This document shows, piece by piece, positions 42,691 to 55,450 of a DNA stretch of 64,000 nt. The stretch covers positions 2,816,001 through 2,880,000 of the forward strand of contig CM000208.1 in assembly GCA_000002445.1 (NCBI GenBank). Direction: 5' to 3'. The number at the start of each line of letters is the position of its first letter. The stretch's first letter is position 1. The notes under the pieces are model-generated. The model was not told where the DNA came from. It worked only from the letters and a program-made list of their open reading frames with translations, and made no database searches. Source of the stretch: Trypanosoma brucei. Lineage: Eukaryota. A program made the position numbers and the translations under genes.

Positions 42691-44195
42691 AATCTATACG
42701 AATTTAGAGGGTGAGCGTTCGGTGTTTGAGGACGTCATGCCACTCACGGATGAATTCTCATGCTCATTTCTTGTGTGTGCGTGGGAAAAGGGCAGGGTAA
42801 AGGAGGAATTACTTATTTATTGTATTATTTTTTTTTAAAAAAGGAGAGGAATAGGAAATGGGAAGGTGTGCAGTGAATGGCTCAAGGTGATGAGATAGAA
42901 TATGATGGTTACCGTGGGTGCTTTTTTTTTTTGTTGATTCGTTGGTTGGTTGTTTGATTTATATGTTTCTATACTTATATGTGTGTGCTTGTAGCACCTT
43001 CATATTCTGACGTTACATACGCATATTTGATATTTCTTCTTATATTTACTTACATATGTATAGTCCTAAAAATTCTTTAAGCAGCGCCAGCAACAAAAAG
43101 AATGCTTGACTTCCATCACACATTTTTTCTTTCTTTTTTTCTTTTTTTTTTTCTGTTTATGCTTCCATCATTTTTACCATTTTCCCCGTTCCTCAATTGT
43201 CGCCGACATTATTATGGTTCCTTTTCATTCTTTTCCCATGTTTGTTTACATTCCCCTTCTCTGGGTTAAGGAATGCTTGGCGCGTGTATTTCAAATAAAC
43301 AGCATGAAGCTACTTGCCTTCCGTGACTGCCTAGCGTTCTTCCGTCGCTTCGTTTTGTTTGTGTTTTTTTTTCTTTTTTCCTTCTAGGTATTTAATTTCT
43401 TTTTTCCTTCTTATCTTCCATTCGGTATTTTACATGTTGGTGTTATTATGACGAGGCTTGCTTAGGTATGTTGCTCCCGTTGCGTTGTGGTGCTCCTTTT
43501 TTTTTTTTTACTTTTTGGTCACTTTTAATTCCTACGTGGCTCTCTGTGCGGACGTGGTGTACAACCTTTCCTACACGTACAAATATACAAATATGCGCAC
43601 ACTTACATACGCGGGTACGTATATACGTACATCTACATATGTATTGGTTTTGTGTTCAAATTAACATGTGTCGTTGCTACCATCGCTCTTTTTTTTCTTT
43701 GTTATTAATATTAATATTGATATTAATATTATTTATATTGCTGGGAATAGCATTACTATTTTTCTTTCTTTCGTTAACTATCTCCCCCCTTTCCGAATTC
43801 GTTTCTTCTTTTTTAAAAAAATTCTTTACCACCCAACCCAATTTCTTTATTTTTCCACCGTCGCACAGTTGGAATGAATGAATATCGGAGACAATTGAGG
43901 GTAAAGAGAAACTCAAAAGGAAAAGAGAAAGAGGGATAAAGGAAATGACGGGAACAAAAACAAAAAATAAAATGAAAACTAGAATTACATTTCTCCTCAT
44001 CTTCCTTCCCTCCCTCCCATATATACACACATATGCACACACTTCTGATATCGAAACGGGGAAAATGAAGGGGAAAAATAACAGTCACATGATTGGATGG
44101 GTGTGTAGTCGACGGTGGGTGCGGGACCCCTCCGGAAACTGCGAATTGTGGAAAGAGAATCGGGTGCCAAACGTCGGCAATATTTTGCAGCACTT

Positions 44196-44218
44196 CCTGA
44201 CTGACTGACTGACTGACT
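44196..44218. repeat. (TGAC)5 tetranucleotide repeat
   Basis: ctgactgactgactgactg, intergenic. Confidence 0.8.
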
Positions 44219-44496
44219 GTGCGGAAGTGCGCGTGTATGTTTATATATTTAATCCGTCTGTGTATACATATATTCATCAATCTGCACGAGTGTGTGGATT
44301 ACAATTGTGTGTTGAGCCTACGGCATGGTCGGTTGCGGCTTGCGAAGCTGTTTGTCTCGCTTTTACCCAACTACTGTTGTCATTCTTGTTTTTACCATTA
44401 TGTTATGCTGTTTGCTTAATGCTTTTCATTCCCGTTATTTTGGTGGAAGGGCTTCCGGGGAGTCGACTGTGAATTCATTTCCAAACTAGAACTAGG

Positions 44497-45366
44497 ATGG
44501 TACTCCCACGCAAGTTGGTCGGTCAGTGTTGTTTACTGCTGCAGAAGAAGCAAACAGCGGCAAGCTATATGGCAAATGCAGGGAAAGTAGGAAGCGAGGA
44601 GAAGTGGGCGCAGGCCGCTATGGAGTATTTGCACGAAAAGCGTCACTGCAATGATAGCCGTAAACGGCAGCACGATGTGGATAATGAGCGACGCATGGCG
44701 TTTGCCTTTGATCGTTACTGCTCTGTAAATGAGAAAATTTTCACAGAGCGACTTTCCCGCTTATCGGACCGCATGACTGAGGCGCTAGAGACAATAAAGC
44801 AACTGGGCATGGACCATGCACTTGAAGAGGCATTGATGTTGTCGTCGGAGCAGCCCCCTTTGAACTTTCGCCGTCCAACCCTCACACCACCAGTTGCTGG
44901 ATATGAGCCTGGATTTGGACTTGACGTCCCTCAACTCCGCTCGAGGCAAGCGGAGTATCCACCGGTAGGGAGACCAACCGATGCCATGGAGTTTGGGGAA
45001 GAAAAGGATCCGTCGTTTCCCCTCGTTGAGTCGTTCCGTGTAGAGGACCTCACTACGCAGTGCTTAAATGAATTAGAGGAAAGGCATGGTGAGATACGGG
45101 AGGCAGCACCAACAACAGGTGTGGAAGGTGAGGCATGGGAAGCATATGTGGCGTTGCAAAAGAAAGCGTTAGCGCGGCAACAGCTTATATTTGAACTTTG
45201 CAACGATGGGGAATTGCGGGAACGGTATGATTCGGACGTTGCGTTCCGGCAGCGGGTGTGGGAGGAGAGAGGCATGCTCCCGCTTGAGATTGAGCGGGAA
45301 CGGCTGCATGAGGAGCCACGGCACTATGCCCAGGAGCCGGCCTATCACCCCTTTAGGAAGATGTAG
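44497..45366 (+). CDS. hypothetical charged protein
   Basis: ATG start, 289 aa. Glu/Arg-rich predicted helical sequence. An alternative start is MANAGKVG at ~44569. No family assigned. Confidence 0.45.
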   Translation: MVLPRKLVGQCCLLLQKKQTAASYMANAGKVGSEEKWAQAAMEYLHEKRHCNDSRKRQHDVDNERRMAFAFDRYCSVNEKIFTERLSRLSDRMTEALETIKQLGMDHALEEALMLSSEQPPLNFRRPTLTPPVAGYEPGFGLDVPQLRSRQAEYPPVGRPTDAMEFGEEKDPSFPLVESFRVEDLTTQCLNELEERHGEIREAAPTTGVEGEAWEAYVALQKKALARQQLIFELCNDGELRERYDSDVAFRQRVWEERGMLPLEIERERLHEEPRHYAQEPAYHPFRKM

Positions 45367-48300
45367 GATGCAGGTGGCGGGTGAGGGTCGCTTCATGGCT
45401 TAGGTTCGTCCGTTTTGGCGCTGTCGCTGCGGGTTATTTTTGCCAGGCCCTTTCTTTCTTTCTTTGTTATCGCTGTTGTCACCATTGTTGTTAATGGTCA
45501 CTCAAGTTTGTCGGTTGACTTCTTGTGGAAGGAAGTGCCACACATGGGTTCAAGTTGGTGTAAACTACGCGGCGTGATGTTCTCTAGATGTGGCGTGGCC
45601 CCGTCTTCTTTCGTAAACCTTCCAAAGTCAACTATAACACAAAGTGGTGAGCGTACTGCCCTCGGTGTTTTTTCTTCATGTCGTCTGTCACCACGAAAAG
45701 GCAATAAGCGAAGCGTCATCATAAGTAACCAAATAGTTTACATGTGTTGGCTAACAGTGTATGCGGTTTCCCAACGTGGCACCGGATGTGCGTTGATGAC
45801 GGGCAGGAGACCGATTTTTCGGCCTGACCCACAGTACCCAGCGCCTCGGGCGTCGCAACGTAACACTTTGGGTTTATGATTCCTCGGCGGTTGGGGGATC
45901 GTGACAAAGGACCCCAATGCTCCACCGCTTGTGCTGGGTAACTCGTGTGCATCATCCTTTAACTGTCGAGCCGATGAATTCAACTCACTAGCTTCTTGCG
46001 CAGGTTGGTGCGGAAGTCTCTCGGTGGGGTGTTCCCGCAGGGGGAAGGGCCATTTATTTTTTCTCCGCTAATCCCGATGCATACGCGCATGGAGGACGCA
46101 ACAGGGTTTGGTAGCTTGTCATCATAAAGCAGATGATTAAAAGCATTATTTAATCTCTCAGTGCGGTTGTATCCATTGCGTGAATGCGTTGCCGCGCGTT
46201 ATTGAATGACTGCGCACACAGTTGTGTGCTGATGGTTTACGCGTTACCGACAGGATCCAACCAGGGATAAATTTGAAGGTGGTTTCCCTGCAGAGGGGTG
46301 ATGTTAAGATATACGAAGGAATGCCTGGGAACGTACCCGCATGTTTAGTCGATTCAAGGGATAAAATTGTTTGTTGTATGTCACAGATTGAATGTAACTC
46401 TGAAGTTTTACAGTTAGGACTACCTTCTTTACTACGGTGGACAGTATCTGAGGAATGCGGCTGAACATCGCGTGTGGGAAGTGCCCTGTCAGATGGATAT
46501 GTGTGGGAGAAGTTATTATTCCGATGTGTTGACTGTGAGAATATAACCGAGTCACATGTGCCTCTGCTTCCGGTTCCCAATTGCACTTTCCACTGATAGA
46601 AGTTAAGGGTGTATCGGGAGAGGGTCCAACAGCACGGTGAACGGGATGATTGATTTTGACACAGGGCGTATGCTTTCAGTGAAGGTGCTCGTAAGGCACA
46701 TTTTCTACAAGTTCAAGTTCAAGTAAAAATGAGACTAATGGAGTCTCATTAGTTGTCGAAGCACATACTGCGCAGAGACCATCTGATTTTGATAACGCAA
46801 GTCTAACCCGCACTTTTGTGTGAGTTCTACGTTCTTCAATCGCTTTCGCACTCTGTTATTGTGCGATACTTGGGTGTAGAGGTGACTCCGACGCCTCTAT
46901 GCTTGGTGATGGAATACGTAGCGGGTGACCAGTTAGAAGACATTATCAATAAAACTCAGGTTCGCCCAATTAATGTGCCAATCACCTGTACATTCTAAAA
47001 CTACTGCCGGGTTTGGGATACCTTTAATAATTTTGTGTTACCCACTGAAAGACCGAGAGTACCAACATGCTTTTGTCAGCGATCGGGAAGTTAAAATGTC
47101 GTGGATGTGGAGCAATCTTCTTTATTTTTCGCTCTTCTATTTATTCAAAAAACTTAGCTCAGTTTTTATTTTTAATATATTCCAAAATTGGATTCCTTTT
47201 CCTCTATGGTTTGACCGTGTATCGTCGTTACCATCTTTATTCCCCTGTGGGACTATACAGATATAAATTGTTTTCATCCCATTGTCACCGATTCGACCCT
47301 TTCCATACTATTGGGTTGTTCTAAAAGGTGGTAGTTTCTTCTTATCTTACCTTACCTCCACTTTATTATTATTATTACTTAAAAAGAAAAAAGAAAATGG
47401 CGTCTGAACCACAATTTTGCGTTATATAACATTCGCGTGAAACTTTCTTGAACATACAAAAGAAAATACGTAGCTGTAACTGTTTTTTTTTTAAAAAAAA
47501 CTTACGTTTTATGTTCTATTTTTTTTAGCCCCTTTTTTTTATTGCTCTTGCTTTTATGAGGTTTCTCAGACCGTACGAGGCGCTTTGTACCCAATTAAAT
47601 CTGAGGGAAGCGGAACGGGAAAATGTATAAGTGTGAACGGCAGTGCACTTTCTACACAAATCAGTGGGGATATTTATTTATTTTTTCCTTCTTCTTTGTC
47701 ATTATTTATTATTTTTTTTATTGATGTGTTGGATTATTTTGTTTTCCCTTTTGGGTTTTTATTCGGGCAACGTTTGCTTATGGAGAAGGAAGACAAGCAC
47801 ACCGCAAAAAAAAAAAAAGAGCGCTGAACATATGCGTATAAGAGAGAGAGAGAGATGAGGGATGTCAGGAGCAAAATTGGAGCGTGTGTGTCTATGTTGC
47901 AGAGGAAATGGTTACTGAGGTGACTGAAGATGTTTTGGCACTGCACAAGTAATTGGGGAGGGGAGGGGAATAAGGGATTAAGGAGGATAAAGTGTGAGTG
48001 AAAGTAGTAAAATAACCGAGTTCCCCTGCGGTTATTGCATTGAACGCACGCAGAACGAGTGGGACAGGGGCAATTTTTTTTTTTTTAATTGCTTCTTTTG
48101 GGTTGCTCACTTCTTCTCTATCGTCAGTGCCAGATGCGCACATCAGAACGTGGGCCACGTGAGACAAAAGAGAAAATGAAACAACCACTCACATATCAAC
48201 AATAGCCTTTGTGATAATAAAAATGAAATTACGCGACGTGTGTGTGTGTGTGGGGGGGCAGTGTTTTATTCCATTCATACACCTCCACGCCCAGTGTGCG

Positions 48301-48807
48301 AGCGCTAAATTTATGTGTGTAAATGTACCCTAAGGGACAACTGCGTGTGGAGTACTCTCTGGTTTACTGACTTCTTGTTTCCCTTTCGTCCGTTTATCTT
48401 TATTTATTTTTTTTTACTTTATTACTGCTATGTAGCGGACCTGAGATATACGTTATATATTTACACGTTTCTGCATAGTTGCAAATATGCGTGTATCTCA
48501 TTTTTTCCTGTGGTTGCTGCGACCCTGTGTGTGTACTGGGTTTGTTGATTGTGGCCGTATCGGTTACGCCTTCCAGTCACACTCATCCTTCGTAACTAAT
48601 GTACTTATATTTATCTATATTTGTCGAAATGCATGTGTTTTTACGCTTTTACTACTTTTCGTCCGTGTCCTTCTCCTAACCGCAGACGGAAGGGTTAGCA
48701 GTAGTGTATCTCCCCTAAAGGGGGATATAATCTGTGAAAAAGTAAAGTGAACGTAGTATTCTTGGGTCGTACTAGAATAGCATAGGAAGGAAGGATATTA
48801 AACCACT

Positions 48808-51800
48808 ATGCGGGGGAGCTGCAGCGAGGGTGCATTATCAGGAGGATGTTTGCCATCTAGAGCTACAACAAACCCCTTAGGAGGACCCAGTTCAGCCGGA
48901 TCACTGGAAATGGCTGAGATGTTAGGAGCTGAAGCATTTTACGGGTTACCTATTCTTTGTTCCCTGTGGTCTGAGCGCAAACTCCCAAAACGACGCGGCG
49001 CGAGGGGGAGAGGCCAACATTGGTCTTGTGCTTCGGGTGAAAGCGGCAAGAAGCGGAATTGCAACCTTCCTCCACAGCTCCTCTTCACCATTATGAGTTA
49101 CCTCCTACCAGAAGGTATGTTGAAAATGAGGTTGGTTTGCCGTACCTTCAACGACGTGTTCCTCACGTACAGCGTCCAGGAAACATTCGCCGTGTCACTC
49201 CCCCGTAGTTTCATGGAACCGACAGTAGGATTTCAAACTCTCTCAGGACTGATAAAAGAACGTGAGGCCGTTCTACGCAATAAGGAGCGCTCCTGGTCTA
49301 AGTGGCTCTCAGCATACGTGGTGATGTGGCTCCGAAAAGAAGCAAACAATGATACCATAAGCAAGGCGACGGTGGAGGGACAAGCCCTGTGGGTGCAGCT
49401 TCAGCGATCGCGGGTGTTATGTCGGCTCGCAATGGAGGAATGGCTCGGGCACCTCTCAGACTGCCGCCGTGCGCAGTATAATATACGTAGGAACTGGTTC
49501 AACCCAACAAATTTGGGTTGTACGTTGCGGACTGGAGTGCCGCCCGTTTTCCTACCGGATGGAACACTCTGCATTAATGACCCACCAGATGTAGTGAAGT
49601 TTTACGCCAAGCGTGACAGGGGGTTGCCTTTGTGTGAAGATGCGCTCTCTCACAAAACTGTATCGCGAAAAAACGACTCGCTTAAGGACATGTGGGCTCC
49701 CTTTGAAGAGCTTGCGTTTCCTGCATATGTGTGTCTAATGTATTATGACCCTTACGTGGATGCGCTCCACATCAGTCTGGCGAGCGGCACGTGCACACTT
49801 TGGCGTGTGAACAGCATAGGAATTGAGGCTGCAGCGCATCGCACTGCATCTGAAGCGGATTTTGAGAGTTCTTCACATCAACTGTGGCGTAAGACTGATC
49901 TTCCTTGCCGTAGCATCCCTAGCAGAATTGAGGTGGTGGGAAACTACACCATTTCTAGCGAGTTTCTTGCTTGTTCCGTGACGATGACAAGAGACGGTAT
50001 TAAGCTAGAGGACTACAGGTGGAGTGAAGACGAAGTGATGTCTAAAGTGCGTTTGTTTGGTGAGGGCGCGAATGGCGACACTAGTCGTATCATCGTGGCA
50101 AGTTGTGGCCGAGACGTGTCAGCATCCCTTCTTCCGAGAGCCACTGCCGGTGATGCACACCTTACGAAGGAGGATGTGGCAGTACTGAACATTTTGCAAA
50201 ATCAGTTGTCAAACGCGAGTAACAGTGTAAACAGACCTCGAGCGGGTCCTACTCGCGGTGAAGCTTCTGCGAATGAATCCCATAGACCGTCTGCCACCAA
50301 CTCTGTTGATGGTATTAACGGTGGGCATAACGATGTGGAGAGTGGCAATAACGGCGGGAATATCATTTCTATTGCCGGTGGGCCTGGTAACGGAGCATTT
50401 GAGCTGCTTGTTGACGACATTGAGCACGAAGGAGTAGGAACTGCTGCGTCTGAGGTAACCGCTAACCACCTGGAAGGGGAAAGGGGAGATAGAATCACCG
50501 ACTTCAGGCCCTCTTCAATCACAATTAATTCCACCGAGAGAATCGACATAAAGCGACACGTTTTTGGAGTGTTCAACGAGCAGGCGAGACTGATGTGCAC
50601 TGTTGCGATCACACACGAAGTGGCTGTTTTCATTTTGACCCAATCAGGTTGCAGGACATTAGGAGTAAATTACAGCGGAGGAATACATGCTGCGTCCGTG
50701 CTGAGCTCACCGGTGTTTAAGCGTTGTGAGTCACCTACAGCAGAGCACCCGTGCGAGGAGGGAGATGCATTGTTTCTGTGCGCCTCTCAACACAACGTAC
50801 TAATCTGTCAGCAGAAGTTATATCGTCGCCTGGAAGAGGTTGAAATATTGGTTATTCACCAGAATCACCGAGAGGCAGCAACATCACGAGGCGCTTTGCG
50901 GCCAAGTGAGCAGCGTTATGGGACGTGGTATTTTCTTAAGGGGTATTCATACCACTCTCCACCAATGATATTGAGACCATTGGTGGAGGTTTCTTCTCTT
51001 ATGCTGCAGGCATTCGTTCAACCGCGTCCCCTATTACCGGAGCATCTAGAATGGCTCAGTAAAAGGTCAAATGAGGGAACATGCAAGGTAGATTGTCAAC
51101 GGCAGCGGGAGGAGCACCTCCCGCCGTACAAGTCTTCCTGGTGGTGCCCGCAAAGGGACGGACACCCTTACTTCCACAAGCCATTTGTAATGTTTATTTC
51201 AAAATTTGTGGGGTATCTACTTGCTGGTTGCGACTGTACTTCCGGGGGATACCAGGAGGTCTCTACGGACGACCGAGAGCATTTTCATAGCGTTCCCCTC
51301 CTTGATGGGATTGCAGTGAAGCGGCTCCACCCGTCCGCAGTGGCACTGTCGCCTTCGCATGCTTTTTTCGTCCTCGGAATGGAAAACGGTTCGATTCTGA
51401 TGGTGTCTCCATCATGTCGAAAGTGTGATCAGGCAAAAGACGGTCAGGGGGGTTGCACCACAGATGCGCAGGTCAATGGGGCCCATCTCATTGAGCAATT
51501 GGACACCATATCCATTCCCGAAGGTGGGGAGGGATATTTGGCGAGCAGAGAAGCCCCCCAACTTCTTGTTGCTGGCGAGGACTTGCACGAGGAAGGAGCG
51601 GATGAAGGAGAAAGCTCCTCAAGCTCCGAAGATGAGGCTGCACACCCCCGCTCTCAACACCCACATACAAGCCATTTATACCGAACAACAATAATTAGCA
51701 ACAGGGTGCGTGGTTCGGCGCGGCAAAAGCGCAACCTTCGGTCGTTCACCCCACAACAGCTGTTTGGATGTGCTTTCCATGAGGATCCATACATCTCTGC

Positions 51801-53289
51801 GTTACAGCGCTGTTCATCATCGATTCTTAATTCAATGGAACGCCTTGAAGGGGAACAGCGGCGGCACCATCCCACACCGATTCATGCCGTCTGGATTCAT
51901 GCCCCGCGTGATTGCTACCGGTTCTCACGTAAGTCAGGCATATGGAGTATGCACTTGGATGATTGGAAATTAACCGTACTTAACAGGCTGTATGAACTAA
52001 CGGTATACGACCTCTCTATGCAATCTTTCGTCGGAAAAGACAATGTTAAAGGGAGTGTTGTGTTCGCACCACTACTAACACTGAGCCCATATTTAAGTCA
52101 TCCGTTTCTGGGTGTCCCAATGAAAGATGAGGAGAAGTGGCTTTGTTCGAAGATACGTAGACGGATGCGGGCGGAAACGGAACGAACTGCCTCTGGATGG
52201 GAAATTGTGTGGCACAATGGAGTGCTGGTTGTGCTTGGAGTGTCAAAAGGATGGAGGTACTCCGTTTTTGACTTTCATGCAAGGTTTAGTGACCCCGATG
52301 TGAAAAACTTTTCAGACCCAGCGCCAGTGGCATATTCAGCTAAGCGAGACGAGTACTATGAAAGTATTTCTGGTTCTCAAATGTTAGTGCCTCTCGATTT
52401 TGGAAAAAAAGGGACTCACAAGCTAGCGCTGCCCCGTCACTTCCCACTCCTTAGGCGGGACGAGAATATGTATTTGGTGAGGCTTTCGGTAAGGGCCGTC
52501 ACATTGGTGTTTCTATGCGTGGCGTTAATACTGGTGATGCTGCGTATCGATGGATATATCACAGCGCCGCATTGGGTCGCAGCCGCTGCTTACGCTCCGT
52601 ATGCACTAGACGTCATCGCCAACTCATTCACAGACTATGATAGATATTACATAGTCCGTAGTGACGTGCCATTTTACATTCGTCTTTTCTCTGACCTGCT
52701 TCTCTATATCGTGTTCCCCGTTGTTTTCACTCTGCGTCGTGATTTGTACCCGAGATTCAACACGCCGTGGATCGTCCTGACAATACCGTTGTGTGTTGCC
52801 ATCGCTATGAAGTCACTGCCGGACATTTATATTAATATGCACCCCGGGCAGCGGCACTGGTTTGCGTGGGTTACTACATCGCGACTGTTGAAGGCGCTGT
52901 ACGAATGGCTGATAATTTCGACAATCGTCCTTCTAGCTCTGTATTTCGATGGTCCTTCTGGTCGTGATCCACTTGCACCGAAGTTCCACATTGCTCTGGC
53001 CTTAACTCCGGTAATGTTGTTAATATTAATATTGAAGGTGAAATCTGCTGCTGCCTTTGTCCGAACTGGAAACTGGAGGCTTTATCTTACTTGCTTATTT
53101 CCATTACTTCTGTTGGCACTTCAGGTGATGCTGTTCGTTGGTGAGTTCAAGGACTACTATGAATATATTGGTAAACCGATCACCACGCCTAAACCGTCGG
53201 CGTCTCAGTCCCTTTTCATTCTTCCCTTTTCTGTTATTGTGGTGGCGATTTACAAGGGATATACCGTGGCTTCAGTTCTTTGTAGGTAG
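48808..53289 (+). CDS. large hypothetical protein with an N-terminal F-box-like motif and a C-terminal polytopic membrane domain
   Basis: ATG start, 1493 aa. LPPQLLFTIMSYLLPEGMLKMRLVCRTFNDVFL is F-box-like. The last ~330 aa contain ~8 hydrophobic helices (LVRLSVRAVTLVFLCVALILVML ... LLLALQVMLFVG ...). Central acidic Ser-rich patch EEGADEGESSSSSEDEAA. Confidence 0.6.
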   Translation: MRGSCSEGALSGGCLPSRATTNPLGGPSSAGSLEMAEMLGAEAFYGLPILCSLWSERKLPKRRGARGRGQHWSCASGESGKKRNCNLPPQLLFTIMSYLLPEGMLKMRLVCRTFNDVFLTYSVQETFAVSLPRSFMEPTVGFQTLSGLIKEREAVLRNKERSWSKWLSAYVVMWLRKEANNDTISKATVEGQALWVQLQRSRVLCRLAMEEWLGHLSDCRRAQYNIRRNWFNPTNLGCTLRTGVPPVFLPDGTLCINDPPDVVKFYAKRDRGLPLCEDALSHKTVSRKNDSLKDMWAPFEELAFPAYVCLMYYDPYVDALHISLASGTCTLWRVNSIGIEAAAHRTASEADFESSSHQLWRKTDLPCRSIPSRIEVVGNYTISSEFLACSVTMTRDGIKLEDYRWSEDEVMSKVRLFGEGANGDTSRIIVASCGRDVSASLLPRATAGDAHLTKEDVAVLNILQNQLSNASNSVNRPRAGPTRGEASANESHRPSATNSVDGINGGHNDVESGNNGGNIISIAGGPGNGAFELLVDDIEHEGVGTAASEVTANHLEGERGDRITDFRPSSITINSTERIDIKRHVFGVFNEQARLMCTVAITHEVAVFILTQSGCRTLGVNYSGGIHAASVLSSPVFKRCESPTAEHPCEEGDALFLCASQHNVLICQQKLYRRLEEVEILVIHQNHREAATSRGALRPSEQRYGTWYFLKGYSYHSPPMILRPLVEVSSLMLQAFVQPRPLLPEHLEWLSKRSNEGTCKVDCQRQREEHLPPYKSSWWCPQRDGHPYFHKPFVMFISKFVGYLLAGCDCTSGGYQEVSTDDREHFHSVPLLDGIAVKRLHPSAVALSPSHAFFVLGMENGSILMVSPSCRKCDQAKDGQGGCTTDAQVNGAHLIEQLDTISIPEGGEGYLASREAPQLLVAGEDLHEEGADEGESSSSSEDEAAHPRSQHPHTSHLYRTTIISNRVRGSARQKRNLRSFTPQQLFGCAFHEDPYISALQRCSSSILNSMERLEGEQRRHHPTPIHAVWIHAPRDCYRFSRKSGIWSMHLDDWKLTVLNRLYELTVYDLSMQSFVGKDNVKGSVVFAPLLTLSPYLSHPFLGVPMKDEEKWLCSKIRRRMRAETERTASGWEIVWHNGVLVVLGVSKGWRYSVFDFHARFSDPDVKNFSDPAPVAYSAKRDEYYESISGSQMLVPLDFGKKGTHKLALPRHFPLLRRDENMYLVRLSVRAVTLVFLCVALILVMLRIDGYITAPHWVAAAAYAPYALDVIANSFTDYDRYYIVRSDVPFYIRLFSDLLLYIVFPVVFTLRRDLYPRFNTPWIVLTIPLCVAIAMKSLPDIYINMHPGQRHWFAWVTTSRLLKALYEWLIISTIVLLALYFDGPSGRDPLAPKFHIALALTPVMLLILILKVKSAAAFVRTGNWRLYLTCLFPLLLLALQVMLFVGEFKDYYEYIGKPITTPKPSASQSLFILPFSVIVVAIYKGYTVASVLCR

Positions 53290-55450
53290 CGAGGAGGTGA
53301 CGGTGACGAGATAACACCTTCTTGATGTTTTTTTTCCCCAGCATGTGGGGTTCCTGCTTTCGTTGGTTTTGGTTTTTGCAAAGAAAAATAAAATATTAAC
53401 ATTTGTTTGTGTGTAGAAACGTACATGCATACGGAAGTATACGATTATATTTGAATGCACAAGTATATAGGTTAGTACGTGTAGTATATGTAGTTACTGA
53501 GGAAGGATCAATTGTTGCGTGTGTTGGCACTTGCGAACAACTTTTTTTGTTTTTGTTTTCTGCCTTGCTAGGGGTTCTGGGAAATAAACTGTGCAGGGTA
53601 TTTGATGCTGTGTTTTTGTCGCATACTTTTGGTTTGATCTGCTTGTCCTGGATTTGTGCTGTGGTACTTCTTTCATATCATGTACTGGGGGAGAGGGGGT
53701 GAAGCTGGGTTTTTTTGCTCTATTTTTTTTTTCATTTTCCTTGTCATATTTCGTTCGAAGCGGTTACTTCGCCGTTCAACTGTTTTTTAACGCGTTTCCT
53801 CTCCTCGACCGCGGAATCCGTGAGTTGTTTATTTGCGTCTTGAGGTGTTGGTGTGCGGTGGAGAACCCACTTATCGATTTTTAACTCTTTTTTTGTTTTT
53901 GTCCACTGCTCCCATTTTACCAGCATCCACAGCTGTTCGGGAGTATGGACGGGGGTTTAAAATCCCTGTTCTTTAATTGCATCCCCTTTCTTTCTTTTCT
54001 GTTGTATTACTTCTTACCGCGCACCAATATTTGCCTTTGTAATGTCTTTTATTTTTCTCTTTCAACCCATTCGTCAGGGATGTTGATGTCATCTCTCTTT
54101 CTCGATGTGCTCGTCGTCCTTCCCTTTTTATTACTATTATTACTATTTCCTTTTCCCCAAATTTCCCCTTTTTTGTTTTGTTCGCTCGCTTACGAGTTTC
54201 GTACGGGAAAGAGGGAATTCAGGGATGGGAGACGGCACGTAACTGGAAAAGACTCGACGAATGGTATGGACCATGTAACAGTTCGCACACCCATATGGGG
54301 GAACCCTAAAAGGGCGCATCGCGTGCGTCTGCATGTTCCATCCTTATTTTCTTTTTTTGTTTCTTTTGTTTTTCCTACCTTTTAACTCAATCTCCCCTAT
54401 TAACACGCATTTTACCCCTTCCCCCGTCTCTCTCTCTCTCTTGCAGCACTTGTTCCCTCAGTACATGCAAGTGTTTCCCCTCCCCCCCCCCCACTTTCCC
54501 ATCGTACAGGTGGAGACGAAGAAGGAAATTTTGTTTGAGCGCCACTAAACTGTTTCTGTGGTTTCCTTGTTTTGGGATTTCCCCCCCCCCCCAATCACAT
54601 AATTCCAAACCGATTTTCCTCTTTCATTTTTTTTCTACATTGCGGTTTCGCTCCCACTTGCATTTTCTTTCCATTCAGTAACTCTCCACCCACCAAAAAG
54701 TCCCCCTTTATATGCCAGTTTACCTTTAGTTCCCATTTTTGTTGATTGCTTTTTTTTTTTAAAAAAAATTGTTATTATCATTTCCTTTTGACCTCTAATT
54801 ATATTTGAGTGCGTTTGTTCTTAGGTATATTTCTTCCATGGAAAACGCTGGAGAATGAGAAGGAGGGGACGCGTTTGTATGTTTTGACTCGAAGGAAGGG
54901 GGGACGGGGGAACGGAGATGTAACGGCTATTTGTCATCGCATATGTTTTTTTTTTCTTAAGCGGGATAATATGTCACGAAATAGAAGGAGCCCGGAGGTC
55001 GTTTGCACCGCCGGTGTGGTGGTAAGCAGTAGATGAAAGTTTTAATGTTAATATATTGAAGTTGTGAGTCTGAACGGGGAAAACTGATTCCAGCGGTGCA
55101 CCCTACCACTGGTTGCATGAAGTGTAAGCGATTACAGGAAAATAAAAAAAGACAGGTGGAAGGACAATCTTTCGACAAAGCAGAAGGGGAAAAAGTGATG
55201 GGGGTCATATTTATCACTTCTCTCTTCTCTCCTCACACCTTCTTTGTCAAAACTTTAGGAGGTAAAGCATCCTTCCTGACGATCACTTAAACGGATTCTT
55301 GGCCTTGTGGAAGCAGTAGCAGAAAATCAACAAGAGGAATATACATATATATACCAAAGGAAGAAGGCTCTCCGCTTCTAATTGTATTAGTGCTGTAATC
55401 ACACTGAGTTTTTGCACCGTTTCCGCACTCCAGCACAAACGATATTTCGA

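Noticed and set aside
45415-45879. 154-aa ORF with a signal-peptide-like N-terminus
   Set aside because: It starts at TTG. The first in-frame ATG leaves only ~111 aa lacking the hydrophobic N-terminus. Composition is not convincingly coding. Left unannotated.
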